A stretch of 63,369 nucleotides of DNA, counting the filler, from Octopus bimaculoides (taxonomy: Eukaryota), in the NCBI RefSeq assembly GCF_001194135.2. It is 4 parts of 4 records of this genome, joined end to end, with 100 filler letters (N's around TTAATTAATTAA, not from the genome) between each part and the next. Parts side by side here need not be neighbours in the genome. Positions count along the whole stretch, not along the records: positions 1 to 7,040 come from NC_068992.1; positions 7,141 to 22,974 come from NC_068983.1; 2 more parts are not named here. One strand, 5' to 3'. The position numbers and the translations under genes were made by a program. Numbering within the stretch: position 1 is the stretch's first letter; every line of letters starts with the position of its first letter. The notes under the pieces were generated by a model. That model was not told the DNA's origin, made no database searches, and saw nothing but the letters and a program-made list of their open reading frames with translations. Below are positions 1 to 12,534 of the stretch, in pieces.

Positions 1-314
1 ATATATATATATATATATATATATAATTTAAATAATTTGGGAAAACGAATTTCCAAATCAATCAGGTAAAACCCCTCAGCATTAAATGCATCTGCATATG
101 GTACCTTGGCGTCTAATTTATCATATATTTATATTTTTATCTAGAAATATAAAAGTATCTAATATACAAGCTATCTAATGATAGTCAATAATAATTCAGT
201 TTGGGGATTAATAGCTATCTAAAGTAGGAGATAATTAGGACGTATAGTATATACCCTGCTGGTATAATGGTTATGTATTGTTTCGTGATGTGCAAATGAC
301 TACTTTGAGCTTAC

Positions 315-456
315 TTTCAGATATACTCATAAGGTTNNNNNNNNNNNNNNNNNNNNNNNNNNNNNNNNNNNNNNNNNNNNNNNNNNNNNNNNNNNNNNNN
401 NNNNNNNNNNNNNNNNNNNNNNNNNNNNNNNNNNNNTACAACTCGTTGTGTTATCT
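315..456 (-). CDS. Possible MIC19-like exon 3, interrupted by an N gap
   Basis: Pyrimidine tract + ctcgtag| acceptor at 457-458 gives a phase-1-compatible (G)AG ATA ACA CAA CGA GTT GTA = EITQRVV up to the gap (337-436). After the gap there is a TGAAA|gtaagc donor at 314. No homology can be recognised from so few residues. Confidence 0.2.
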
Positions 457-605
457 CTACGAGTCATCCGAGGGAAACATAACAGTAAGAGATAAATATT
501 ATTTAATAAACTGAAAATATATATTGAGTGTATGTATGTGTGTGTGTTTGTGTGTGTGCACGCGCGCGTTTCTGTGTGTCTGTATGTCTGTGTGTGTGTG
601 TGTGT

Positions 606-1420
606 TCAAAGTATTCTCCATTTGAAGCAATACATGTGTCCAGATGCATTTTCCACTATTCGAATCAGTACTGAAACTCTTGCAAAAGATTGCCTGTTAA
701 CGCCTACGTCGTTTTTTTCTTCACCCCTCATACATCTGCAAACTCTGTAACACCAGCTTTCGTAACCAGTAAAGCCATTCGAAACAAGGTCCGGATCAAC
801 TTCAACCTGTTCTTTCAGTTCACGACACGCATTCAGTGCTGACTGCTTTTGATCTCCCCTGAACAAGCGAGACACAAATTTTGTCACAATTCTTTTCATT
901 CGCTATTCCTCGCTCGAAATTCGTTAGCAGAACCTCCAAGACACACCAGTCGGACCAACAAGCTCGTCAATTGTTTCGGTGACCGTTCTCAAAGATCAGT
1001 TCATGAATTTTTATGTTTTCATTTGTTCGGGAGCTCGACGGTTGCCCTGAACGAGGTGGTCTTCAAGTGACAAGTGATCATTGCAAAAACCTCTCGTAAA
1101 CCTGTGCTTCTGCTCATGGTAGCGTTCTTGTAAGCTGTTTGAAGCATGACAACTGAGTTAGGCTGCCATTTACCTCAGCAGAAAGCAGAATTTCACAGAC
1201 ATATGCTGTCCCTTCGTTTCAGCCATCGCAAATTTCGAGGAACAGGAGAGAAACACTAGAAAACAATAATGTACGACATAGAAGTACAACAACCGAAGAC
1301 GCCCGTCGGCAGACCGATACCTGAGGGTCGCATCAAGTGGCTTCCAGCAGCGGAAACCTGAACTACAACGATCTTGTACCACAGAGAATGTTTCCGATCA
1401 ATTTTGGGTACCCCCTCGCA
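606..1420 (-). mobile_element. Internally deleted mariner transposon relic
   Basis: 5' TIR-like TGCGAGGGGGTACCCAAAA (~1402-1420). ATG at 1226 gives MAETKGQHMSVKFCFLL, then the frameshifted HTH/linker MKRIVTKFVSRL...FTGYESWCY (TGDE motif), joined directly to the C-terminus ...WKMHLDTCIASNGEYFE ending at the (TG)n tract. Confidence 0.85.
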
Positions 1421-1990
1421 TTTGTGTGTGTGAGTGTGAGTGTGTGTGTGTGTGTAGATGTATGCGCGCGCACGAGTGTGTGTGTGTGTGTGTGGATAAG
1501 GGTGTCCTTAAATATCTCACCAAAATAAAAGCATAGCTGCATGCTAGAACGCTTTTAGAAACGATATTAGATTCAAGCTGCTTAATATATACCACAATCA
1601 TGGTGATGTTATTTTGAAAAAGTACGCTGACAAACTATAATAGTCTAAAGTAGCCATTTGAAAGAAATTGAACGATGCAAAACTAGGCTCTTTAACATAC
1701 TAAGCGAGAATAGTTCTGACAATATTTATATACTCTCTGCAGGCGTTCACAATTTGTTGCTGTTACTAAATTGAGATTGTTCCACCTACAATATCGAATT
1801 CTGGCTTAAACGATATTGAAAATGTCTTCGACACGAATGAAAAGTTGAGAAAGTATGTCGTAGACATATAATGTGACAGGAAGATATTTTTTGACCTCTT
1901 TTAGCAAAGATTGAAGTGAATATTAAATATATGAATATCGGGACTAATGTACGTTTGACAGTAACGTTTGTTAATTTTGTCATTGTTTAG

Positions 1991-2250
1991 CATCTTTCTA
2001 AGATCAAGTCGGCAAACAGAGAAAGAACACGTTATGCAGAACATTGCTGGAAAAACAAAAATGAAATATTCAGAGATCTCCTTCTCTGGAAACCCACGTA
2101 TAGGCATACAATCATCAGCAGAGCAAGAAGAGCATATATCGATCAACTTGTGGAACATATTAGATATTTGGTCGAGGATGTGCAAACTTCTATGAAGTAT
2201 AGGGACATCTAGGGTGGAACGATTTCATTGGTCCCAAGACGTCCGAGCGG
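1991..2250 (+). mobile_element. RTE-clade LINE 3' end fragment
   Basis: Translates as RYAEHCWKNKNEIFRDLLLWKPTYRH...RARRAYIDQL, like the RTE C-terminal RFAGHCWR...LLLWxP...GRP..TYIDQL. Followed by a tetranucleotide tail. Confidence 0.65.
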
Positions 2251-2314
2251 ATAGACAGACAGACACACAGACAGACAGATAGACAGACAGACAGACAGAC
2301 AGACATATAGATAG

Positions 2315-2347
<33 letters not shown>

Positions 2348-2395
2348 TAGATAGATAGATAGATAGATACGTACATACATACATACATACATACA

Positions 2396-2427
<32 letters not shown>

Positions 2428-2487
2428 CCGACTGATTGGTGTATTGATTTATTGATTGATTGATTGATTGAGTGATTGATTGATTAG
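2251..2487. repeat. Compound microsatellite (GACA)n(GATA)n(CATA)n + (ATTG)n
   Basis: Directly visible tandem repeats. Confidence 0.95.
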
Positions 2488-2529
2488 CTTCTGAAAATAA
2501 CTACACTGCCTAACAATTTTGTGATTGAA

Positions 2530-2750
2530 AGGGTGTGTGTGTGTGTTTCTGTGTGTGTGTGTGTATCTGTCTGTCTTTGTTCCGCCACCATCACATGACA
2601 ACCGATGTCCCTGTAAATCAGCGGTTCGGCAAAAGAGAACGATGGAATAAGTACTAGGCATACAAAGAATAGTCTTTGGGTCGATTTCTGCGACTAAAAC
2701 AATTGCTCCAGCATAGCCGCAGTCACATGATTGACACAAGTAACAGAGTG
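2530..2750 (+). mobile_element. SINE family A, 3' half
   Basis: Similar to 16870-17075 (gacaaccgatg...gcggttcggcaaaagaga...aagtactagg...gctccagcat). Confidence 0.75.
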
Positions 2751-3830
2751 AAAATAGTATGTATAGCATACGAAATACCTCAAATCTGTTTTCTATGGAT
2801 CAAGTCCGGAGTAAATATAGCGGGAGGAAACAGTGGAAAACGAGAAAGTTGAAGAGGGAAATGACTCTGACTGGACAACGTCATAGAATAAAAGGGAATA
2901 TCAATGGCTGAATGAAAACCATGGACGGGGCGAGAACTCGATGAAGAGAGATGATGTATTCCTACCCCTGAGGGTGGGAATAGCCAAGACAAAGGAAACC
3001 GTAGAATTTCTATGCAAAATCTGAAGAGAAAAAAATCATTTAACTCAGTCTTCTCTAAAGAATCTGCCAACATTGAACGCATTAATTCTCGTAATGGCTG
3101 CCTACGATTTGAAAACAACAAGCAATACATTAACTGTCGTATACGGGCGGTTATTATTCCTCTCCCAATGACATAAGTGTGTGATACACAGATATTGCTA
3201 AGAAGTGTACATAGACACTGTGGGTAATTTCTATCCAGAATATATTAATTCGGGTCCCATTTCTTCATAAGAATGGTGTTGGGCAGTTCTACACCATCAC
3301 ATGACAATATTTTTCCTTTTTAAAAGTACGCCACAATGTTATTTTCTATTTGCTTCTATATAGAAATCAAAGAAAAAGACAACTGTTTCTATGAAACTTT
3401 GTTTTTGTGACCTGGACATCACTGTTTTGAAACTGACCTATTTTTATTGCATTTCGGACAGGTTTAGCGGTAAGTTGCTGAAGTAGAATTATCATTATAG
3501 CAAATATTCTGCTCAAGTGCACAGATTGTTTTGTCAGTTGGTAGACCATAACCACTTAAGCGTTTCCCGTAGTGGCTGACAATATGTGCATCTCTGATCA
3601 TGAGCAGCAGTAGCTGGGGAGAATCATAGCCATGTGTTGAGAGGGATTCTTTGGGATTTGAATAAATGTAACAAAAGCAAAGTTTGAAGGAAATATTAGC
3701 CACCATTTTTCATGCAAATAGGAAATAAGAATTACTGCCCAGGACAAAAATCATGCTACAAAGTGTAATCCATCCATGGGGTCAGAGTATGGATCAGGAA
3801 GGTGAATATATTACACTTAGAAATTAGGAC

Positions 3831-4030
3831 ATGAATGAAATAAAGCTGGAAGGAATAGTAGGTTGGTTAGATTGTGTATCTTCTACAAGTGGAGGTAGAC
3901 GGAAAGTGTCATAGTGGAAAAGAAGGATAAAACAATCATTGAACGAAATACGAAAGCATATTAACATCTTACGAAGAAAGAAGCAAGGTAAAATCAGGAA
4001 GAAGGAGAAATATGAGGATCTAGAAGCGCA
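3831..4030 (+). mobile_element. R4/Dong-like LINE ORF N-terminal relic
   Basis: [37 protein letters not shown] resembles the PxWKRRI basic helix upstream of the RT in R4/Dong ORFs (compare PSWVLKTEKKIAHLRK at ~49560). Confidence 0.45.
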
Positions 4031-4159
4031 AAATTTCACATTTACACATATATATTAATTTCAGTAGTGTATATATTTATACATACACATCTGTTCATAT
4101 CTATATATTTATATATACTCATACATTTATACAAACATATGCTTATATCTCTATACGTC

Positions 4160-4350
<191 letters not shown>

Positions 4351-5280
4351 ATGCATGCATACATGCCTTATAGATTAGCGACAGAATATTAATTATAACA
4401 TCCAACCTAGCGACAAACGCTCAACTATAATATCGATTGACGGTTGGCGATAGTCATCAGCCGATATTATCTGATCATTTTAGCATTTGTCGTCTAAACG
4501 AAGTGATTTCTCGAGACATTTACAGCAATCCAAAGTATTAGAAACAACACGTACGTGTTAGGCCATGTATGGATTCGGTATACGGAAACTGAAAGAAACC
4601 CGTCAAATATATTTATCTATGTCTCAACACATGGCTTTATACGGGACCTTTTTATACGGGACTATTTGTGGCGCACATGGTATAGATTCTTTGGGGTGAA
4701 GTGTTTGAACTCACTAGCCGATAAATTCGTAAGTGCCTACCCCACGTTGGTTTTTGGTGTCGCATGGCCAAAATTACCGTGAGTTTTTTAGAGACACTTT
4801 CAAATTTATCAGAATATTGGGCTGATGAACGAAATGGAGTAACTTCATACTCTTAACTGTGAAACGTCGTATCCAATTAACTAAAGGCAGGTTTGTTTTT
4901 GTTTTTCCCTTTTGTTTTTGTTCTGTGTGTGCCATAAAATATCGCCATCCGTTAGAGAAAAAATTTGTAGTTTAGAATCAGTAGTNNNNNNNNNNNNNNN
5001 NNNNNNNNNNNNNNNNNNNNNNNNNNNNNNNNNNNNNNNNNNNNNNNNNNNNNNNNNNNNNNNNNNNNNNNNNNNNNNNNNNNNNNNNNNNNNNNNNNNN
5101 NNNNNNNNNNNNNNNNNNNNNNNNNNNNNNNNNNNNNNNNNNNNNNNNNNNNNNNNNNNNNNNNNNNNNNNNNNNNNNNNNNNNNNNNNNNNNNNNNNNN
5201 NNNNNNNNNNNNNNNNNNNNNNNNNNNNNNNNNNNNNNNNNNNNNNNNNNNNNNNNNNNNNNNNNNNNNNNNNNNNNCAT

Positions 5281-5575
5281 GAAGGTGCATGGCTTAGTGG
5301 TTAAGGTGTCGCACTCACGATTGTGAGATTGTGTGTTCTATTCCCAGGCCGGGTGTTGCGTTGTGTTCTTGAGCAAAGCACTTCATTTCCCGTTGCTCTG
5401 CAATCATTTCGATGTCCGGCATGTGACACCCGTTGCACCTGCACAGGTATTGTCAATCTGATGGAGGGAGTGTGATTATATGTACACAACCATTTGATCG
5501 CTATAAACAAATCATCTGTGTGGTTGTCGGGTAGGAAATTATCCAACCCTCATACGTTTCTGTGTGTCCCACAAG
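5281..5575 (+). mobile_element. tRNA-derived SINE family C variant
   Basis: A-box-like tggcttagtggtt, B-box-like gttctattccc, then gttgtgttcttgagcaaagcactt, shared with 59693-59915. Confidence 0.65.
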
Positions 5576-6827
5576 AGGAGTCGATGCTAGATGTGTCGAA
5601 ACAATTGTTGTGATTAATAATATATTCTCGTATATTCCATCTTCTGTCTTTAATTTGTTTTTTATATACATATATATAAAGGAGAAATTGTACAGTGTGT
5701 ATAAATGGATGATGAGTAAAGCACCGGCACAGTTTTGATTATCTATGTGTGTTTGTGTGTGTCTGTGTGTCTGTGTGCAATGTACTGTCCCATGATAGAA
5801 AACTAAACAAAAAAAGTACTTCATCTGGTGAGAGATAAATATTGTATATATTATATATATAGCTAACCCATTGGCCATATATAATATGTATATGAACAAC
5901 CACGATATTACAATCAAAGATATTACAACCAAAGAAGGATCTATATGGCCGCTCGATCTCTAGATGAACCAAGCAAATGTTCTTCAAATCATTCTCTGGA
6001 GGTCGTTTGAAATTGAAACATTGGATAATATAGTCCTAGATATAATGTCTTCACCAGACGGAAAGGTCAAGCTGGGGCAATCTTGATCACAGCTCTGCTG
6101 GATCAGAACAGGCTGGGAACCTAACGACAGCATATGTTCCAGCATAATAATCGATTGTATATATTCCAGCTATATTTAATACTCAAAATCTTTGCCAAAT
6201 TCTCAACATATATTTTAACTGCAATATTGCAGCATCTTTACGATTCATCACGTCGTTGTTTGATGTAGGATATATTTTGTATTTTTGCTTTTTTTAGTAT
6301 ATGTTATTTTTTTTTAGTAATGCATGATCTTACCACGTGACATCGACACAACATGTGAGAAAGTTGATTTCATAAGAGAGTATGGTATACGTTTCTAGTA
6401 TGGAATTCTTCATAATTTATATTCACAAGATGAATCTTATTCAGGGAGGTACTTGTTGCCCAATTTGTCCTATAAGGAATAGTAGCCAAAACGCCCTCAA
6501 AGTACAAACTAGTATCTTACATAGCAATAGAACATACTGGAAAATATAGTCGTAGATATACAGTCCCACGACTAGCAGTAGTGCTAAGGGGGAAAGGGGT
6601 GATTGAACCCAATTGACGCTTTTATCTCTGCCCACTTTTGGGTTCGCTGTGTATGGATTTGTAAGCTTGGGGGTCCTAACGGGTCAGCAAGCTAAAGGGC
6701 TGTCCCGGGTGGCGAACATTCTAACTACGTCGCTGCCATAAAAGACAGACAGAATGACATTTGCCGGAATATTTTTGATAATAGATGCGCTGCAAGAAGT
6801 AGAATGAAAAAAAAACATTTTCATCTA

Positions 6828-6990
6828 TAGGCACAGGAGTGGTTGTGTGGTAAGAAGCTTGTTTCCCAAATGCATGGTTCCGGGCCCTGCCTCACTCTGT
6901 GACAACGTAGGCATGTGTCTTCTACTATAGCCTCGGGCCAACCAACGCCTTGTGAGTGTATTTGGTAGACGGAAACTAAAAGAATCCTGT
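6828..6990 (+). mobile_element. SINE family A, 5' half
   Basis: ggcacaggagtggttgtgtggtaag...tttggtagacggaaact matches 16680-16842. Confidence 0.8.
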
Positions 6991-6994
6991 CATT

Positions 6995-7040
<46 letters not shown>

Positions 7041-7140
7041 NNNNNNNNNNNNNNNNNNNNNNNNNNNNNNNNNNNNNNNNNNNNTTAATTAATTAANNNN
7101 NNNNNNNNNNNNNNNNNNNNNNNNNNNNNNNNNNNNNNNN

Positions 7141-7535
7141 GCAGTTGATTATGGTGCTGCTACACCAGTCATTGGGTATGACTCCGTCGTGTATCACCTG
7201 GTTCATAATACGGGTGACTAGGCTATAGCCGACACTGCCAGATATTTTGAGCATCTCTGCAGTGATTCCTGATGGGCCGGGGGCTTTCCCTGTCTTCATA
7301 CTCTTCATTGTCAACTCGGATAGCTGGTCCCTCTGTTGGGTCGACATACGGCAGACTCTCTTTCTCCCATTCATTCTCTTTATTAAGCAATCTATCGTAG
7401 TGGCTTCTCCAGACCTCTTTCTTTGCAGCCTCATTTAGAGCAAGCGTACCATCATCCATGCGAACACATTTCTCTCCTACTACAGCACTATTCTCTCCCC
7501 TACACTGTCTTGCGACACGAAATACCTCAAGTACA
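7141..7535 (-). mobile_element. RTE LINE fragment (pre-RT region)
   Basis: FRVARQC...GEKCVRMDDG...MKTGKAPGPSGITAEMLK...IPNDWCSSTIINC. Reverse-complement homologue of 8997-9406. Confidence 0.9.
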
Positions 7536-7874
7536 CGAAATATAGATAGATACAAAAACTAAATATATTCAGATGATAAACACATATGTACAAGTATATA
7601 GCTATTTACATATATTGACAAATAAATTTACTTTTACATGGGGTATAAAAATACAGAAAACTAAGGAGAGAATACTTTGTCTTTTTTAACTCGACAGCTG
7701 TTTCTGGGAGCTTAGAATTACATAATAGTCATAATGTTCAAAAAGTCATGGATAAACAACTAGATGATACATGATTATTTCGAAACAATGTGAATAAATA
7801 AATAAGCAAAACGTTTTACATAGGAATCTGAATGCTAAAGGGTTCAAGAGGCTTCACAAGGATCAATTGTTTAC

Positions 7875-7926
7875 CTTTGGGTTTTTCCTTGATACCATAT
7901 ATCTGCTTGGCAACGGAATCCGAAAC
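7875..7926 (-). CDS. CHCHD3: MIC19-like coding exon 2: VSDSVAKQIYGIKEKPK(G)
   Basis: Acceptor gttctcgttgttttag|, donor AAAG|gtaaac, 52 nt. VSDSVAKQ matches the family [LIV]S[DE]xV motif (human LSENVIDR), which follows the first intron. Intron 1 = 7927-14940. Confidence 0.75.
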
Positions 7927-8756
7927 CTAAAACAACGAGAACATTTATTCAACAAATTAGTTTTCTTATAGATCGGTAATACTTAATACGTTAATAAGTG
8001 TTAAAAAAATATAAATCTTTCTCATATCCTGTGATTGTTTTTGTCTTCAGCTTATGCCTAATTAAATGCAAAGAATTTGAAGGATAAATCTCGTTCTTGA
8101 AATTTAGAAGAATCAATAACTATTTTCCTATTAGATATGTGGACCTGAATAAATGGACGAACTTACTCTAAAACTTAAAACAATATTAATTTAACCCATT
8201 TGATAACAACCTGCCTAAAATCTCCCCTGGTTCTATGATATAGAACCAGGAATGGTTTTAAAATTATCTAAAAAATTTTCATCAAAATCTTTTATTTTGT
8301 TGCCAACATCAGCTCAATAATCATAATTATTTTAATAAATTCATTTTTTTTCAAAATTATTTTAAGAAAAGGCAGTGTATTTCAACACAAATATGATTAA
8401 AAAATGGTTAAATTTAAATATATTATTTGCAGGAAGTCACAAAGACAAACAGTAATGCACAAAAAATATACATTTTACTACAGGACAATTCATGGTTATT
8501 GCACTGAATGTTAGGCAACAATGTTAATGCAGTGAACAAATAATGAAGTGAGATAAAATTTTACAAACAATTCTAAACCATGTTGACATTTAAAAACAAG
8601 CATTAGATTGGTGGTGGACTAGTAATGGGAGATGCCCATGGTAAAGGCAGGTCAAAAGGGTGGTGAGGTTAGATATGAATATATTGGACTTTTGGAGAGA
8701 GAAATGACAGCATTATGAAGAATCACGTAATATGCTACACTGCACATTTATTTAAC

Positions 8757-9474
8757 CTGACCAGATCTGTGGATGGTGCAACGTCCCCTCTTGACCCAAG
8801 GTAATGTAGTGGTGGAACAATGTAGTTGACAGGACCATTAGGGAAAAGAAAGAGGCATGGAAGGACTGGAAGAACGGTGGTAGCAAGGAATTGTATCAGA
8901 TTGCCAGAAGGGAAGCTAGGAGACAGGTTTATTTAGTCAGAGGGAAAGCAGATAAGAAAAAAATTTGCCAATGTTCTGCATCATGAGGACTAAAAACCTT
9001 GAAGTGTTTCGTGTTGCAAGACAGTGTGTGAGAGAGAATCGTGATATCATAGGAGAGAAATGTGTCCACATGGATGATGGCTCACTTACATTTAATGAGG
9101 CTGCAAAGAGAGAGACTTGGAGACACCACAATGAAAGGCTGCTAAATGAAGGAAGTGAATGGGAGAAAGAAAGTCTGCCGAATGTCGTCCCAACAGAGTT
9201 ACCAGCTATCCAAGTTGACAGTACCTTGGTAGATAAAGCAATTGAGGGTATGAAGACAGGGAAAGCCCCTGGCCCATCAGGAATCATCGCGGAGATGCTC
9301 AAAATATCTGGCAGTGTCAGCTATAGCCTAGTCACCCGTATACTGAACCAGGTGGTACATGAAGGAGTCATACCCAATGACTGGTGTAGCAGCACCATAA
9401 TCAACTGCTACAAAGGTAAAGGTGATGCATTAGATACAGATGATTACAGAAGTATCAAGCTGTTGGATCAAGTA
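8757..9474 (+). mobile_element. RTE LINE fragment
   Basis: ORF 8965-9558 contains GKAPGPSGI...IPNDWCSSTIINCYKGKGDA...YRSIKLL (RT N-terminal motifs). Same family as 7141-7535 and 63025-63369. Confidence 0.9.
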
Positions 9475-9509
9475 ATGACCCTATCCAAAAATTTGGATAG
9501 GGTCATGCA

Positions 9510-10135
9510 AGGAGACGGGGAGGGGGGGATTGAAGAATTTATTATAGACAGGAGCTAACTCTACGACATACAGTTTGAAGATGATGGAGGAAACACCACT
9601 GGTTCTGGTCCCCTTGGTGGGTTGGAATGATTGGTGGGGAGGGGAGCTCATTTGTGGCAACATTGTGTACATGGTGGTAAGACAGAGAGGAATTGAATGG
9701 AAACAACAGAGAATGAATTGCGAAAAGAACAGCAGCATACAGAGAGGCGTTTTTTTTATTAAGAGTACTTCTAACAGCACTATCTTGGATTTAAAATGGC
9801 GGACGGAAGAGTAGATATTCTCTTGGCATAGCACCAGAAAACTCTGCTGTAGTTTGGTAAGTGGGATAGCTTATAGGTTGTATCAGAAACAACAGCTTTT
9901 CAAACAGCAGCCATGCAGACAATGCAGTGATAAATAAAAACTTTCCACTTGATGATGGTGGTGGTGGTGGTGGATAGCTTCCTTCACAAATTCGTTGCCT
10001 GTACTGCTGCAACAACAGCTGGGGGTAACACCTATAGGGAGAGGAGTACAGACTTTGAATGTGTGATAACTGTGAGGGGACATGTCTAGGAGGATGGGTT
10101 CGCTCATCAGCTTTGCTGTCTGGGATGGGTCAGAG
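9510..10135 (-). mobile_element. Degenerate CR1/Jockey-type LINE ORF2 fragment
   Basis: Frameshifted motifs DPSQTAKLMSEPIL, SRVFWCYAKRIS and SGVSSIIFKLYVVELAPV resemble DP..A..ITE.I / DFW.LAK.IS / GPDG.P.IVLK.C..ELAP. Confidence 0.5.
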
Positions 10136-10319
10136 GTAAAACATATTTGCTGTCAGAGACAGCTCACAATTAGCAGAGATAACTTCAAGTGCCAAAGGGA
10201 TTAGAAGAAGCTGGTAAAAATGATGCTTTGTGACAATCACATTTACATCACAGCAATCCTTTGTTTGGTTGGTTTACAAATACCAACAAGAATTTCTCAA
10301 ATCAGAGCAAGAGCCATTC

Positions 10320-10364
<45 letters not shown>

Positions 10365-10670
10365 ATAATAATAATAATATAGGGTAAAATTAATAATTTT
10401 ACCAAGTAGCTGACCCCTGATTATAATTANNNNNNNNNNNNNNNNNNNNNNNNNNNNNNNNNNNNNNNNNNNNNNNNNNNNNNNNNNNNNNNNNNNNNNN
10501 NNNNNNNNNNNNNNNNNNNNNNNNNNNNNNNNNNNNNNNNNNNNNNNNNNNNNNNNNNNNNNNNNNNNNNNNNNNNNNNNNNNNNNNNNNNNNNNNNNNN
10601 NNNNNNNNNNNNNNNNNNNNNNNNNNNNNNNNNNNNNNNNNNNNNNNNNNNNNNNNNNNNNNNNNNNNNN

Positions 10671-11224
10671 CCAGCCCATTTAAGAGTACCCTTCAATCAT
10701 TGGGCAATAAACTTGTTCATTTTCAATCTTTTTTATTTTTTTTGGCATGTTTATAGAGCATTCCTTGGAGATTTAAAATGGCTACATATGATGACCAGCA
10801 AGAGTAAAACTCATTGAGTTTTTCTATTCCAGTGAAAAGATCAATTATTCAAACTCAGAAAAAATACCTGCAACATTTTACTGTCAGAGTATCTCCTGGC
10901 AATGCCATGATCCGGAACCTAATCAAGCAGTTTGAAAGAACTGGATCAATCAGCAATCTTCTGGGAAGAGGTCCTAAGCCCACTGTGCGCATTGATACAG
11001 TGGTGGAAGCTGCATGGTGGAGTGTCCTTGAGGATCCATCAGCCTCTACTTGTTGTCACTCTGCTCAACAAGGCATCACCAGAACATCGCTTCAGAAGAT
11101 TCTGAAACTGGACTTTAAAATGTTTCCAGCCAAATAAAATAATGAAAATTTAAAAAAAAAAAACAGGTGTTTGTAAAAGTTATTTTTGTTTTGTATCATT
11201 CAGTTTTTCAGTGGCCATCCTGTA
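10671..11224 (+). mobile_element. Tc1/mariner-superfamily element (DUF4817-type HTH transposase), internally deleted
   Basis: ATG at 10778, frameshifted ...IRNLIKQFERTGSI...GRGPKPTVR...TSLQKILKLDFKMFP. The DDE domain is missing. Ends cagtggccatcctgTA, the reverse complement of a TA-CAGGGTGGCCA-type TIR. The left end is in a gap. Confidence 0.75.
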
Positions 11225-11254
11225 TAAATATATATTGACTGCTAGTTCCAAAAA

Positions 11255-11425
11255 CTTTTTTTTTATTCTCTGTGTTTATTTCCTCATGTTCCTTTCTGTT
11301 GAAGAGCATAGGCTCAAAAAATAAAAGACTTTCTCACCTTCCCAAGCGTTAAATTTATACACCTGTTTGTTGTTTATACACCTGCCTTCATCTTGTGTTT
11401 TTCTGTAAATTTCAACTATATATAT
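11255..11425 (+). mobile_element. PLE-like terminal repeat family H1, degenerate copy
   Basis: Homologous to 25540-25720 and to 44624-44775 (reverse). Core ctttctgttgaagagc...aaagactttc, ending in (TA)n. Confidence 0.6.
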
Positions 11426-11573
11426 GTGGCCTGTGTGTTTTCTGTGCTCTGTTTATCATTTTGTCCATGTTTTTTTGCAACGTCCTGTACCCAGATATGC
11501 ATCTATATTCACATGTAGATGTAGGTATGTACATACATGTACGTATATATGTATATACTCACATATTATTTGT

Positions 11574-11624
<51 letters not shown>

Positions 11625-12534
11625 NNNNNNNNNNNNNNNNNNNNNNNNNNNNNNNNNNNNNNNNNNNNNNNNNNNNNNNNNNNNNNNNNNNNNNNNNNNN
11701 NNNNNNNNNNNNNNNNNNNNNNNNNNNNNNNNNNNNNNNNNNNNNNNNNNNNNNNNNNNNNNNNNNNNNNNNNNNNNNNNNNNNNNNNNNNNNNNNNNNN
11801 NNNNNNNNNNNNNNNNNNNNNNNNNNNNNNNNNNNNNNNNNNNNNNNNNNNNNNNNNNNNNNNNNNNNNNNNNNNNNNNNNNNNNNNNNNNNNNNNNNNN
11901 NNNNNNNNNNNNNNNNNNNNNNNNNNNNNNNNNNNNNNNNNNNNNNNNNNNNNNNNNNNNNNNNNNNNNNNNNNNNNNNNNNNNNNNNNNNNNNNNNNNN
12001 NNNNNNNNNNNNNNNNNNNNNNNNNNNNNNNNNNNNNNNNNNNNNNNNNNNNNNNNNNNNNNNNNNNNNNNNNNNNNNNNNNNNNNNNNNNNNNNNNNNN
12101 NNNNNNNNNNNNNNNNNNNNNNNNNNNNNNNNNNNNNNNNNNNNNNNNNNNNNNNNNNNNNNNNNNNNNNNNNNNNNNNNNNNNNNNNNNNNNNNNNNNN
12201 NNNNNNNNNNNNNNNNNNNNNNNNNNNNNNNNNNNNNNNNNNNNNNNNNNNNNNNNNNNNNNNNNNNNNNNNNNNNNNNNNNNNNNNNNNNNNNNNNNNN
12301 NNNNNNNNNNNNNNNNNGTAAAACCTCCACTTTTACCCGCTCCCATTGATTGCACTTAGTATAGCACTAGTGTAGCAATAATTGGGTACCCTCCCAGCAG
12401 TATACTGGATAGATACTATCCCTTAGTGGGTTGAACCCCCAACCCCTAACTCTCTCACGTTATATATATACATATATATATATATATATACATACATACA
12501 CACACAAACAGAGAGATAAAATACAGCATAATTG

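Noticed and set aside
7085-7096. TTAATTAATTAA embedded in N runs (also 23019-23030 and 54378-54389)
   Set aside because: An identical palindromic six-frame-stop linker inside gaps is an assembly spacer, not biology. Adjacency and orientation across these joins are less certain.
8226-8250. Short hairpins (8226-8250, 13498-13525, 33007-33036) and an 18-bp palindrome (16587-16604) as Helitron ends or terminators
   Set aside because: No CTAG/CTRR terminus at the expected distance and no supporting element; a few such stems are expected in 63 kb of repeat-derived DNA.
11395-12359. Long ORFs spanning N runs or microsatellites (also 19805-20476, 36117-36767, 37319-38356, 43849-44649, 53140-57142)
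   Set aside because: They are composed of X or dipeptide repeats (YI, CV, HT, LS) and have no coding signal.
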